A DNA stretch of 64,000 nucleotides from Hydrolagus affinis (taxonomy: Eukaryota), in contig JAAILG010000007.1 of assembly GCA_012026655.1 (NCBI GenBank), positions 62,001-126,000 of the forward strand, written 5' to 3'. The translations under genes and the position numbers were made by a program. This document shows positions 23,659 to 35,090 of the stretch, piece by piece. Within the stretch, counting starts at the first letter, position 1, and the number at the start of each line of letters is the position of its first letter. The notes beneath the pieces were generated by a model, which saw only the letters and a list, made by a program, of their open reading frames with translations, had not been told where the DNA came from and made no database searches.

Positions 23659-23683
23659 GTAAGTAACAGTACTATTTGTTAAT

Positions 23684-23810
23684 CAGGGAGTTAAGGGATA
23701 CAGGACAAGGACGGGCAATTGGACTTGAGGTACAGATCAGCCATGATCTTATAGAATAGCGGAACAGGCTCATGCGGCTGAATGGCCTCCTCCTATTTCT
23801 CTATTTCTAT
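23684..23810 (+). mobile_element. CR1-type LINE 3' end
   Basis: CAGATCAGCCATGATCTT...GGCTGAATGGCCTCCTCCT..TTCT tail. Confidence 0.65.
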
Positions 23811-24301
23811 TTGTATATTTGATTGTTTGCAACATGTCAGATTTCAGATTAGAATTTCTTGTGAAGATTGCAAGACCGTAATGAAGAGTATGCCAGTGTA
23901 CAATTAAAAAAAAAATTAAACTACGTCACTTGACAGTATATTTGCACGCTTTATGGAGGTTTTCATTTGTTGTACTTGCTGAATTCATTATGTGTTAAAT
24001 GAGGCTAAAACAAAATGTTATACATTGACTATAAATCTGTTGAATTATCATAAAAATACCTTGAACATTCTCGGTAACTTTTAACTTAAGAGCACCGAGG
24101 ATCAATTAGGGAAATATATAACAATCACATTTTGAATTCATCGATTGTTTCCACATGCGTTAACTGAAACATGAATAATATAACCAGAGATATATTAAAT
24201 TGCGCAGTTGCAAATAAAACGTAATCTTTATTGCATGCATTGCATTCGAAGGGGAATCCCATATTTAATTTAGTCTCATATTTTGTTTTTCTGGACAATA
24301 G

Positions 24302-24562
24302 CTATCAAGATAGTGAAGAAACCGAAGGATGTGACTGCCATGGAAAATGGCACCGCTACTTTTGAACTTAATGTGTCGCACGATAATATCCCTGTGAAAT
24401 GGATGTTCAAAAACATAGAACTCAAGCCTAACGACCGCTGCAAAGTCATTTCCGAAAGGAAAGTTCACAAGCTAGTGCTGGAGAATGTGACTCCTGTAGA
24501 TGCTGGCGAGTATTCAGCCATTGTCGGACAGCTTGACTGCAAAGCGAAACTTTACGTAGAAT
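24302..24562 (+). CDS. ttn: titin exon 36 (I9)
   Basis: IKIVKKPKDVTAMENGTATFELNVSHD; 261 nt. Confidence 0.95.
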
Positions 24563-24798
24563 GTAAGTATTTCCTGTTGGTGTACAATCCTAAATATCTC
24601 GCTCTACATATTTATACTTATTTGAGCCGCAAAGTCCACAGTCACTTCACTGTACAGTATATTCTGTGAAGTGCTTAGAGGCAGCTTGATGACGCGATAA
24701 GGCGTTGTATCAAATGCAAGGATTATTTATTATTATTCTTACATCAGTTTGGAAGCATTTAATAAAATCTTCTTTCCCTTCTCCCCAAATTTATTAAG

Positions 24799-25059
24799 CT
24801 GTCCACATCACCAAGACCATGAAGAATATCGAAATCCCAGAGACAAAAACTGCCACCTTCCAGTGTGAAGTCTCCCATTTCAACGTCCCAGCCACCTGGT
24901 TGAAGAATGGTGTGGAAATTGAAATGAGTGACAAGTTCAAAGTTGTCGTGCAAGGAAAATTGCACCAGCTAGTCATTATGAATACCAGTCACCGGGATTC
25001 TGCAGAATACACCTTCATCTGTGGCAATGATAAAGTCTCTGCTACATTGATAATCAAAC
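24799..25059 (+). CDS. ttn: titin exon 37 (I10)
   Basis: VHITKTMKNIEIPETKTATFQCEVSHFNVP; 261 nt. Confidence 0.95.
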
Positions 25060-25104
25060 GTAAGATTTCACCATTTATTTACACGCCGTGCATCTGTTGC
25101 TTTA

Positions 25105-25910
25105 AGTTAGAATCGGACGAGACGTTGAACAGGCAGGGTTCCTCCTGCCTGTTCAGGTGGATGTTAAAAATCTTGTGGCACTAGTTGAAAAGAGAAGGGG
25201 GTTTCTCCCAGTGTCTCAGCCAACAATTCCCCAAATGAAATTAGTCACTCACTCCATGATTGCTTTTGGGATATTGTTGTTGGGACATCCGTCGTACATG
25301 TCTTCATAACAACCAGGCTTGACTATGCCAATGCCCTGCTTGTCAGCCTTTCCAACTCTTCCTTCCTCAAGCTGCAGGTCATCCAGAACTCTGCATTTTG
25401 TGTCCTCTCTTGCACCGGGCTCCGTGACTCCATCACACCCACCCTCGCATGGCTCCACTGACTTCCCATTCCTCATAACGTCGAGTTCAAACTTCTTGTC
25501 CTCACGTTTGAGGCCCTCCTTGGCCTTGCTGCCTCCATGCTCTGAAACTCCATCCCACCATTCCCGTCGCTTTGCTTCCTCCATTGGCTCCTTCAAAGCA
25601 CGCCTCAAAACCCTCCGCTACATCAGTACCTTCGGCCGCCCTCCACTCTTCTTAATCCCGACACCCCCCACCTTCTTCCCGCTCGGGTCCTGATCCCTGA
25701 TTGTTCAGCAACACGGATGTCCTCCCGACATGAAACACACTTTACAAATGTAATTTTCTATTGGATTGTTTTGCACAACTGGTTGCCACGTTTCGCCCAC
25801 AAAATACACAGTGAATGCACTTTACAGTATATTGTCTGAAGAGCTTTGAGACGTCTCAACGACTTGATATAAGGTGCAATATCAAATGCCAAGAACATTA
25901 TTATTACTAA
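25105..25910 (+). mobile_element. Deu-SINE fragment interrupted by an L2 ORF2 3' fragment (~25295-25760)
   Basis: Deu core at 25110-25285; TRLDYANALL...LH*LP L2 motifs; SINE tail resumes ~25765-25910. Confidence 0.6.
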
Positions 25911-26022
25911 GTATAACATTAATTTTAAACTGCATTTTGTGCAATTTGTATTTAAAAAATGCAGCACCACGCATGTCGGTGATTGTTCCCTTTGCAAATA
26001 ATGTACAATTTACTTTCTTCAG

Positions 26023-26283
26023 CAATCTTAATAACATCCATGCTGAAGAACATAAATGCGCAGGAGAAAGACACCGTTACCTTTGAGATAACAGTCAACT
26101 ATGAAGGGATTACTTACAAATGGCTGAAGAATGGGAAAGAGATCAAATCAACAGAGAGATGCCAGATAAAGACCAAACAAACCAAACACTCTCTCACCGT
26201 CCGAAACATTCACTTTGGTGATGCTGCAGAGTACGCCTTCACTGCTGGGTCAGCAGCATCGACAGCACAGTTATTTGTGGAAG
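26023..26283 (+). CDS. ttn: titin exon 38 (I11)
   Basis: ILITSMLKNINAQEKDTVTFEITVNYEGI; 261 nt. Confidence 0.95.
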
Positions 26284-26311
26284 GTAATGACTTGGAGTTA
26301 TCTATTTGTTC

Positions 26312-26625
26312 ATCCTGTAGCTCAGTGGTTAGAGCACTCACCTTACAAGCGTGAGACCTGTGTTCGAATCCAGGCAGCTCAGGGCGAAACCCTGGGCAAG
26401 TTTCCTTACTCCATGTGCCTAATAATAATCCGTCAAAACAAAACGCAATAATAAAAATTGGTCATTTCAATCTACGACTGTTTGTAGGACACTGCTGTGT
26501 GCAATTGGCTGCCGCATTTTGCCCACAAATATACAGTCAATTCACTTTACAGTATATTTCTGTGAAGCGCTTTGAGACGTCGATAAGATGTGAAAAAGCG
26601 CTATATCAAATGCAAGGATTATTAT
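26312..26625 (+). mobile_element. tRNA-derived SINE, full length
   Basis: TAGCTCAGTGGTTAGAGC (A box), GTTCGAATCC (B box), family body, AAATGCAAGGATTATT tail. Confidence 0.88.
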
Positions 26626-26714
26626 GTGTCTTTTTATGTCCCAAAATAATCCTTAAAACGATATACTTAACGTAGTCATGTGTTCTCACAACCTAATGTG
26701 CTTCCCTTCTGCAG

Positions 26715-26856
26715 CTCGTCACATTGAATTTAGGAAGCACATCAAAGACATCAAAGTCATTGAGAAGAAAAAGGCTACCTTTGAATGTGAAATCTCAGAG
26801 CCTGGCATCACAGTGCAGTGGATGAAAGATGAGGACGAAATCTTGCATTCTGACAG
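26715..26856 (+). CDS. ttn: titin exon 39 (I12 N-part)
   Basis: RHIEFRKHIKDIKVIEKKKATFECEISEP; 142 nt. Confidence 0.95.
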
Positions 26857-26991
26857 GTACATAATTGACTCATGCCCCTATTAAGGAGTCCGGGACCCTA
26901 CCCCGCGTGAAAGTTGTTGTTGTTTACCTGCCGAATAAATGCGATGAAAACACAGATGGACGGTTACAGTTTGATTGCTTTTGATTTGCAG

Positions 26992-27160
26992 AGTGAAGAT
27001 TCAAAGCGAAAAGTTTGTCCATCGCCTCACCATTCCCATTGTAAAGTTTTCCGATGCCGGAAAATACACAGTTATAGCAGGAGGAAGTGTATCGTCTGCC
27101 ACGTTGTATGTGGAATCTCGTCATATCGAGATCTCAAAACCTATCAGTCGAGAAATTAAG
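26992..27160 (+). CDS. ttn: titin exon 40
   Basis: VKIQSEKFVHRLTIP...SATLYVESRHIEISKPISREIK; 169 nt. Confidence 0.94.
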
Positions 27161-27284
27161 GTACTTTCTTTTTTTCAGCTTGAGCCAAAAACTTTTACAG
27201 CGATCCCACACTACAGAAATATTTCTAGTTTCTACGCTGTTCTTAAACATTATTGTGACAAAAGCTTAACTTTTTTGGGGTTAG

Positions 27285-27516
27285 GTTCTTGACAAGAAAC
27301 GAGCCGTTGTTGAATTTGAAGTCAATGAAGATGATGTGGAAGCTCAGTGGCTCAAGGATGGAATTGAGATCAATTTTCAGCTTGAGGAACGCTACAGATA
27401 CATTGTGCAAAGACGTGTCCATCGCATGACCATTACTGAAACAAGAGTCTCAGACACTGGTGAATACACCTTTGTTGCTGGAAAAAATCGCAGTTCTGTG
27501 ACACTCTACGTTAACG
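27285..27516 (+). CDS. ttn: titin exon 41 (I13)
   Basis: VLDKKRAVVEFEVNEDDVEAQWLKDG; 232 nt. Confidence 0.95.
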
Positions 27517-28031
27517 GTACGTATCGCATCGATCCTTGCAACTTTTTTTTCTGATTGTACACTTAAAGTATGGAGCAAAAACTCACTGGAGATTTTATCA
27601 GTAGAAGAGAGAAACACAATTCTCTAGAAACATAAAAATCTACAGCATTAGAAGGAGGCACAGAATTTCCCAGAAACATAAATATTTACTGCTCTTAATA
27701 TGTACCTCTTTCGTACATTCTACCATTCACTTTTGTGAATGATTTCCACGGAAACTTTTATTCTCCAGTGTGTTTATTGCTAGAAAAAAAAATTATGCAT
27801 TGAGTAAAAGCACTCAAAGAAGCTATGGCGCATTAACAACACGAACCAGCACTTACTATATAGCACCTTCCATGTAGGGTGTAGCATCTCAGAGCGCTTA
27901 TTAAGGGCACTGTATTAATGCAGGTTCTTGTGGCTGAGCAAAGTTTTACAAAAGAGATGGGTTTGGATGGGCACAAAGTAGTGAGATGGAACCGATGGAC
28001 AATATTAATCTTTTGCTTGTTACCGTTTCAG

Positions 28032-28316
28032 CCGCTGACCCACCTTGTTTTGTCTCTGAGCTGGAACCGTGCGCCGTAAGGGCAGGCGAACCCGCTCGCT
28101 TCTGCGGTGTGATATCAGGCACACCCAAATTAGAGATATCGTGGTACAAAGATGATCAGAAACTTGCTGCGGGATTTAAACGCAAGTTCCTCCATGACGG
28201 GAATCAGTACACGCTGCTGCTAATTGAAGTGTTCCCTGAGGACGCGGGTTTGTACAAATGTGAAGCAACCAACGAGGTTGGAGTGGCTATTAGTGGTGCT
28301 TCACTTGACGTCGAAG
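28032..28316 (+). CDS. ttn: titin exon 42 (I14)
   Basis: [12 protein letters not shown]...[20 protein letters not shown]; 285 nt. Confidence 0.95.
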
Positions 28317-28597
28317 GTAAATTTGATAAAAATGTATTCCTTTGCACCCCAGCTATTGACTGCCGCAATAGTTCCCATCTGTGTTTGCCTATCTAACGTC
28401 GGTATGATTTCACACTTTGCTGCGGATTTAAGTTGTCAAGTTTGAAGCTGCCCACGACAGTAAATATGTGCGAATGATTAATTCATGCATATATTTACTT
28501 CGGTATTGCACAGTTGATGAACAACTGCTTTGAGCAGTTCCGTGTGGTGCAAAAACATAGCAGTTTACACCGAGTTTCTTTTTTCTTATCTAAACAG

Positions 28598-28723
28598 TCC
28601 CCGAAGTTGCTTCTCCTGAAGCAGAGATGACCGTGTTTCCACCAACCGTCATAACGCCCATCCAGAGCACTTCCACTGCTGAGGGAAAGCCCGCTTACTT
28701 CCAATGTCGCGTTACTGGTTCAG
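28598..28723 (+). CDS. ttn: titin exon 43
   Basis: PEVASPEAEMTVFPPTVITPIQSTSTAEGKPAYFQCRVTGS; 126 nt. Confidence 0.93.
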
Positions 28724-29536
28724 GTACTTTCCGCGTTAACAATGTTTGTCTGATTAATCAACAGCGAGGTATATAATGCCAAACACACTTTTGTAATGTA
28801 TACATCTGGGGGTTGCGTAATTGGCGTACTATTTGCTTTCGTGAATTAGCGCATTATCCTTTCATTGGAGATGGACAGCTGGCTTTGAATCAGACCTAAA
28901 TGGATGAGAGGAAAAGTCCCACTTATCTGCTGATGATAAAACTCCCCTTCGAAATCGGTCTTGCGAGTCTCAGTTCTGTACATGTTGGACATGATGATTT
29001 GGTGCAATTGCCCACAAAATACACACCTTTTTCCACAATATGTCTCGTGAAGCACTTTGAGACATCTCCACAATGTGACGAGACGCCAAATAGAATGGAA
29101 TTATTATGATGGTTCCATAGCCTAAATGTGCCTGCTGTGTGCTCTTGTGAGGTTTGGCTCAGCCACATTGTTGAGGGAGAACAAAGGCAACCTTGATGCC
29201 CATGTGCTTTCAAGCAGGAATCACTGAATGTATCAATTATTCCAACTTGTGCTTGTGTAAGGTCTTTCCTGAAGGATGTTGTGTGGGTGGCTGTATTTCC
29301 CACTGGGCAAAGAGTTACGAACTGAGCCATTAGGCGAAAAGCTAAACTTGTTTTATGGCAGTATGCAGACAGATTCTCCCTTTAAATCTCTAACTTCATT
29401 AGATCACTAATCTAGATCACTAGATTAGATTGTATTCCTTTCAACAATGGTCTCTTCTAATCTATGTTATGTGGGTCACGGTTTCTGATCAAACTGCATT
29501 CTTGTGCCTTTTTAAAAAAATATATAAATACTGTAG

Positions 29537-29725
29537 ATCTAAAAGTGACATGGCATACTAAAGACAAGGAGATCAAGATATCACGATTCTTTAAGATGGT
29601 TCAGTTTGAAGATACGTACCAGCTGGAGATTGCTGAGGCCTACCCAGAGGATGAAGGTCTTTACACCTGCGTTGCATCCAACTCTGCTGGAAAGGTATCA
29701 TGTTCCGGTACCTTAAGCCTGGGAG
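29537..29725 (+). CDS. ttn: titin exon 44 (I15 C-part)
   Basis: LKVTWHTKDKEIKISRFFKMVQFEDTYQLEIAEAYPEDEG; 189 nt. Confidence 0.95.
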
Positions 29726-30465
29726 GTAAGATCAATACATTTTTTAACAGTTGCATATGTGTTGTCTCATGTTATTATTTTCCCACTCGTCATTGTGAAT
29801 TCTGGAGCCAAGTATTTTTGCACTTGTGGTTGTCTTCATGGTTTCCTGACGCGTTTGTCATTGTTATGTGGCATTTACTTTCATATTTATCAGCATAGTT
29901 GGACAAGAATGCTAATTTCTTGCACAACCATATGCATTTTATGCTTGCCTTCCTGTCCACCATTCATCCTTATTCTTGCACGTGCCGTCGTTTTGAAGCA
30001 TTTCATCAGCTGCAGACTTCATTGAGCAGCTGCTCATCTTTGTTCTCGTTGCCTGCCGTCTCTCTCTGTTGTGGCATGTTGTTTTGTCACCCTTTGAGAT
30101 ATGCAATAGGGACCACTTGCTGTGCATACTGTGGAATTCCAGCATAAAATCACAACCTTTATGAAGTACAGTGTGTAAAACAATATATATATATATCTAT
30201 ATTTTTAAATGTGCTAATTGTAAAATATTCAGAAATAAAGCATTCTATTTAATCATTTTTGTTTGGCTTTTTTTTCTTGAATTAAACGTCAAGACTCTGA
30301 AACGTAAAGACAAATGTTTTCTTTTGTCTTCACAAGTGCACCTAAAATAATTCAACTTTCAGAGATGGACTACTTTTTCAATGGCAGGTTCGTCATTTCC
30401 ATCTTTGCCTTGGACAGTCGTTGATAGTCAGACAATTAAAAAAAATTTGAGAAGCTTCTTTCCAG

Positions 30466-30804
30466 GCCATTTAGAAAGGTTGAAGAAATTACATCAAAAT
30501 GGCCTACTGGCTTATGTTCACATCCCAAAGGCCCATCTATCTTGAACCCATTTCTAGCACTTCAGTGCAGTGGAGAAATGGCCAAGTTTCATGCAATAGT
30601 TTCTGGTGTTTCTAAACCAGACACCCAATGGCTTCACAATGGACAATTAATAAAGGCACAGAAAGATACGATGTTTCAGTTTGATGAGCCTCAGAATACA
30701 ACCAACCTTACAATCTTGTCTATCCCCTCTTGGGCAATATAAGTGCATAGAAAACAATAGCACTGGAGAAGCATCTAGTACTGCTGTACTTATAGTAAAG
30801 GAAG
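30466..30804 (+). pseudogene. ttn: degenerate Novex-1 (exon 45) pseudo-exon
   Basis: FRKVEEITSKW...GEMAKFHAIVSGVSKPDTQWLHN...FQFDE resembles Novex-1 Ig; frameshift near 30730, acceptor out of phase, GA instead of GT at the expected donor. Confidence 0.75.
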
Positions 30805-31216
30805 GAAAAACAATGTATCCTTTGAATGGATATCTAAGACTTTTTGTGCTCATCTTTTTACTGATTTATTCCTCTTGGCTTCGCATTTCATGCCACCAAT
30901 CTAACAAATGGTGCTACAATCTGATTCCATAAATGCAACATTTGGAACTCCAGTGCACATTTTCTTCTTCATCTTCTTCTTGAATACTTTCAGAGGACAA
31001 CTAAACTTTCCTATTGTTTAAATGAATGCTGTTTTCTGCCAAACAACTTACTGGATATTTTGAGGAAAGAACATGAGAGATTTCCTTAGCTGAATGAATT
31101 GGACTTCTCTAGTATGTGATCAGCATCCTGGATTTCCGTTTGGCGACATGGCTATTGATTTATCGTTTGTTAGTCATAAGGTTAATATCACCAATATTTT
31201 GTTTTTTGTCACTCAG

Positions 31217-32065
31217 ATTACAAACTACAGAGCATAGATAGTCAGAGCTTTACAACTTCTGGAAAAGCTGTAAAGACTTTTGAAGTATCAGAAGTGCATA
31301 TGGATTCTCCCGTGACAGTAACACGCACGAAGAACTATTCAGAAGAAATCAGTTCACAGCAAGGACATGTGTACAATGTTCAGACATTTGAAAGCATTTC
31401 CATGAGTTCATCCAGCAAGACAGTTTCTTCTCAAAGTTGGGAAGGGGCCCAAGAAGTTTCAAGAACCCAAACCATCCAAGGATTTCCTCAAAAAGCTCCA
31501 AAGATCGTGCAAGCCATGAGCAGTGTCGCGGTTCCGTTAGGTGAAGCTGCGTCTCTGAAGTGTCAAATTCTGGCATTTCCTAAACCTGAAGTGACTTGGT
31601 CTAGGGAAGGTCAGGAGATTCTAGAAATGGAGAGAGTAAAGGTTGTAACTATACCAGAAGCTGAAGTGTTAGTATCATCTGAGCTCATTATACCAAACGT
31701 CAAAGAAGAGGACGGAGGAATGTATAGGTGTAAAGCTATAAATGTTCTCGGTGAAGGTCAATGTGAAGCTGAAATAACAGTCCTTGAGGTCCCCAAGATT
31801 CTCCTTCAACTGAATGACATGCGGGTAAATTCTGGTCAGGTGGCACAGTTCATCTGCTCTTTTCAGGAGGGATCTTTCTCGGAGGTTGTGTGGAATCACG
31901 GAGACAGAAGACTGGACGAATCAGAAAGACTGAAGATGGCTCAAAGTGAAAGCGTTCTCTCTCTCACAATCATCAATGTATGTGTAGAAGATCAGGGGGA
32001 GTATAGCTGCACTGTCAGCAACCATGCTGGAGAAGTGAAGACTGCTGCTGTACTTATAGTAGAAG
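31217..32065 (+). CDS. ttn: titin Novex-2 (exon 46) ortholog with two Ig domains
   Basis: YNVQTFESIS...VPKILLQLNDMRVNSGQVAQFIC...ESERLK...DQGEYSC; 849 nt, phase 1/1. Confidence 0.85.
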
Positions 32066-32395
32066 GTGGTTATTAATTATTATTATTATTATTATTTTTA
32101 AACAATCCTTCACCATTCCTCAATTTTAGTTTTGCCAGTGGGAGTTGGGTGGGTTGTAGGGTTCAAACTAAGCTTGGTGTCTTTTTAAGAAAATCCTAAA
32201 TTTATCTTTTAACCGTACTTATTTATTCAATAATAATGACATATGGCACAGAAAGTAATATCAGAAACATTGCATCATTGTAATTTGCTTGGATTATTGC
32301 ATCCGTTATTGAATTATTAGACATTTTCAAATTGTTAATTTGTTTCAATTGCTAAGTTAACATTTAAAATTTATCATAACTTTATTCTTACTTAG

Positions 32396-32917
32396 CTGAA
32401 GACAAAAACATGAAAACGAGTACTAAAGTTTCCACTGATAGAGGTTCAGATAGCACTAAAAATGAAAACATGCCAGAAATTACATCTGGTCTCAAAGACC
32501 AACCAGAATTACTGAAGAAACCATCGAGCCCACCATCAAACTCAGGCAAAAAAACAACCAGAAAACAGAAGCAGCGAAGCAGAGACATCTATCCTGATGT
32601 AGTGCCTTGTGATGAATTGATAGAGACTGCCATCACAGTACCTCAGTTCCTAGAAAGGCTATCTCCGCAAATCAGTGTCAAAGAAGGAGAAGACATCTCC
32701 CTATTTTGTGTAGTAAATGCTTTGCCATCACCCTGTGTGATCTGGCTACACAACCAACACATACTTGAAGACTCTCCATCATATTCCTTGAGGCACGATG
32801 GATTGCTCTGCTCTTTAAAGTTAAGGAAAGCCAGTCAGACTCACAGTGGTGCTTATACATGCCGGGCAGTTAATTCTGCTGGAGAAACAGCATGCAACAC
32901 TCTTCTGACAGTGACAG
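32396..32917 (+). CDS. ttn: additional titin cassette exon (linker plus one Ig) with no recalled human counterpart
   Basis: TTATTCTTACTTAG acceptor, 522-nt open frame, I-set Ig (PQFLERL...C...W...SGAYTCRAVNSAG), CAG|GTTGGC donor. Confidence 0.8.
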
Positions 32918-33362
32918 GTTGGCAACTGCATGGTTTGATCCTTCGAATTGTGATCCTATCTATCATGCATCTCAGCACGATTCACGGGGAAAAGAACCTA
33001 TTTCAAGAAGTCGTCTTGTTGTGCTGTGGATTATTGCATTTCTCTGTCTTAAATCAGATTAGGCATGTCGCGGCATGATTGACACTTTGATACGGAGCAA
33101 AAAAATACAGGAGAATGATTCATTTTTGTACGAAATCATGGATTGTCTGAATAAAGTGTTGTGAACCTGGAATCCACACGCAGCAACCACTTTTTAAACT
33201 ATTTTTGCACGTGGGCATTGAATGTCTGTTTATTCCCTTTTGCATAGTTTATGTTTTCTTAGTTTTGTGGTTCACGTTTTCATTTTGTGTTTTTGTGTGT
33301 ATGAGAATATGATTTTGACGCTAAGTTATACACTTGTATTAAAACCTATCTGTTTTACGCAG

Positions 33363-33419
33363 CTTTTGAACAAGTGATTCAAGAGAAGATTGAACAGCAG
33401 ATTGAAATGGAAGTGAGAG
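33363..33419 (+). CDS. ttn: titin exon 47
   Basis: AFEQVIQEKIEQQIEMEVR; 57 nt. Confidence 0.92.
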
Positions 33420-33540
33420 GTAAAAATGCTTTTTTTTTACATTGACAAATATGTTCAATTCTTTAACAGATGCTAAGACTTCATTGTACTGGTATTCATG
33501 TTATTTGTACACACTTGCTTAGTGTGGGCATCATGGATGT

Positions 33541-33862
33541 GGAGTCCTGTAGCTCAGTGATTTGAGCACTCGCCTTACAAGTGTGAGACCTGTGTTTCGA
33601 ATCCAGGCAGGTCAGGGTGAAACCTTCGGCAAGTTTCCTTACTCCATATGCCGAATAATAATCCGTCCCAAAAAATCTATGATAAAATTGATCATTTCAA
33701 TTCACGGCTGCTTGTGGGACACTGCTGTGCGCAATTGGCTGCCGCATTTCGCCTACAAGTATACAATCAATTCACTTTACAGTATATTCTGTAAAGCGCT
33801 TTGAGATGTCTAGAAGATGTGAAAAGCGCAATATCAAATGCAAGGATTATTATTATTATTAT
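33541..33862 (+). mobile_element. tRNA-derived SINE, full length
   Basis: tRNA head, family body, (ATT)n tail. Confidence 0.88.
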
Positions 33863-34783
33863 CAGTGATGTATTATAGAATGTCTAAAAATGGCATGTTT
33901 TATCTGTCAACTTTGCAGTTTATTTGCAAATCAAGATTGTCTTCATCATTCTCATTGCAATGTGATGTTTCATCTTTGTTGGGTGGGGTGGGGTGGGGTG
34001 GAGGGGAAATCCTTTAACATCAATATTTGTTTTACAGCAACTTTTCATTTTCCCAATAATAGTTGCTTGCATTTCAGCTGATTTCTCAAATTGGATTTGC
34101 TCATTATCATCACTCATGCATTGCAAAATGGGTGCCCTGAAATATGTAGTGTATTCTCGCTATTGAGGGATACAATGGGAAATGTTTCAGTAAATGCTAA
34201 GCACTCATACTTTGATGGCTCAATGTCAGGGGGCATCTTTTAATTTAAAATGACGTGAACTGGTAGATTTGTCAAGTTTTTTCGTTGCATTTCTAACGAG
34301 CAGCTCCAAGATAAATCTTATGTGTGGTACTTAAAGCCTCTGTAGGGAATATTTTGTTGAAGGATGTTTAATCAGTCAGACACATTTTCCATTTGTGCAT
34401 TGGTTTATTTTCATTCACGTGACATCAGTCTATCCTCATACCTTTACACTGGCTTGCAGATAGCAGTATGCAATAATGTTTGCTGGCTTTTTTTGCATAA
34501 CACTGTGGAATTTAGCAACTGTATTAGTTCGAATAAACGCCTTCTCATGCAATTTTTGAAGGTTAATTTTATGGATGTATTCCATCTCTATGTTAAAAAA
34601 TTAAAAAAGCCATAATTATCAAACTGGCTGAACAATTTATCTACTCTCAAAAGGATCAGAAAGGGCGTTTATTCTGCTGTTTGCAAGTCAGGTAAGCACA
34701 TGTAATACTCTGCTAGAGATTTCCAAAACATTATAGGGAAAGATTTTACGCAAAATAATCCAACTCCGTCATGAGGTCACATT

Positions 34784-34922
34784 ATGCTTTTTGAAAATAT
34801 ACATTCTAATCTGATTTTTGAGAAGAAATCGCTACAGTCTGAAGAAGGAACAAAGGACGAGCGATTTTCGTGCTCAGAATCTTTAAAAAGAAAATGGTCT
34901 TGCGTTTATTCGAACAAATATG
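34784..34922 (+). CDS. candidate alternative first coding exon splicing in frame to Novex-3
   Basis: ATG 34784 after in-frame TGA, 46 open codons, TG|GTGAGT donor in phase 1 matching the acceptor at 35090/35091. Confidence 0.4.
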
Positions 34923-35090
34923 GTGAGTGAATTTTTTATAGTTTTTGTGAAAAAAGCTGATGCATTCAGTTTGCATTTAATTTTATCTTTTTAAAAAAAA
35001 TTTGTACTAAATTTCATTTTTAAATTGTTTGCTAACGATTTGGGGATTTAAAAAAAAAGTCATGCAAATCAACCTGTTTTTCTTTTCCAG

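Noticed and set aside
26312-26385. tRNA-Val(TAC)-like sequence, also at 33541 and 11984
   Set aside because: SINE head: continues into shared repeat body and ATT tail, with no proper acceptor stem or poly-T terminator
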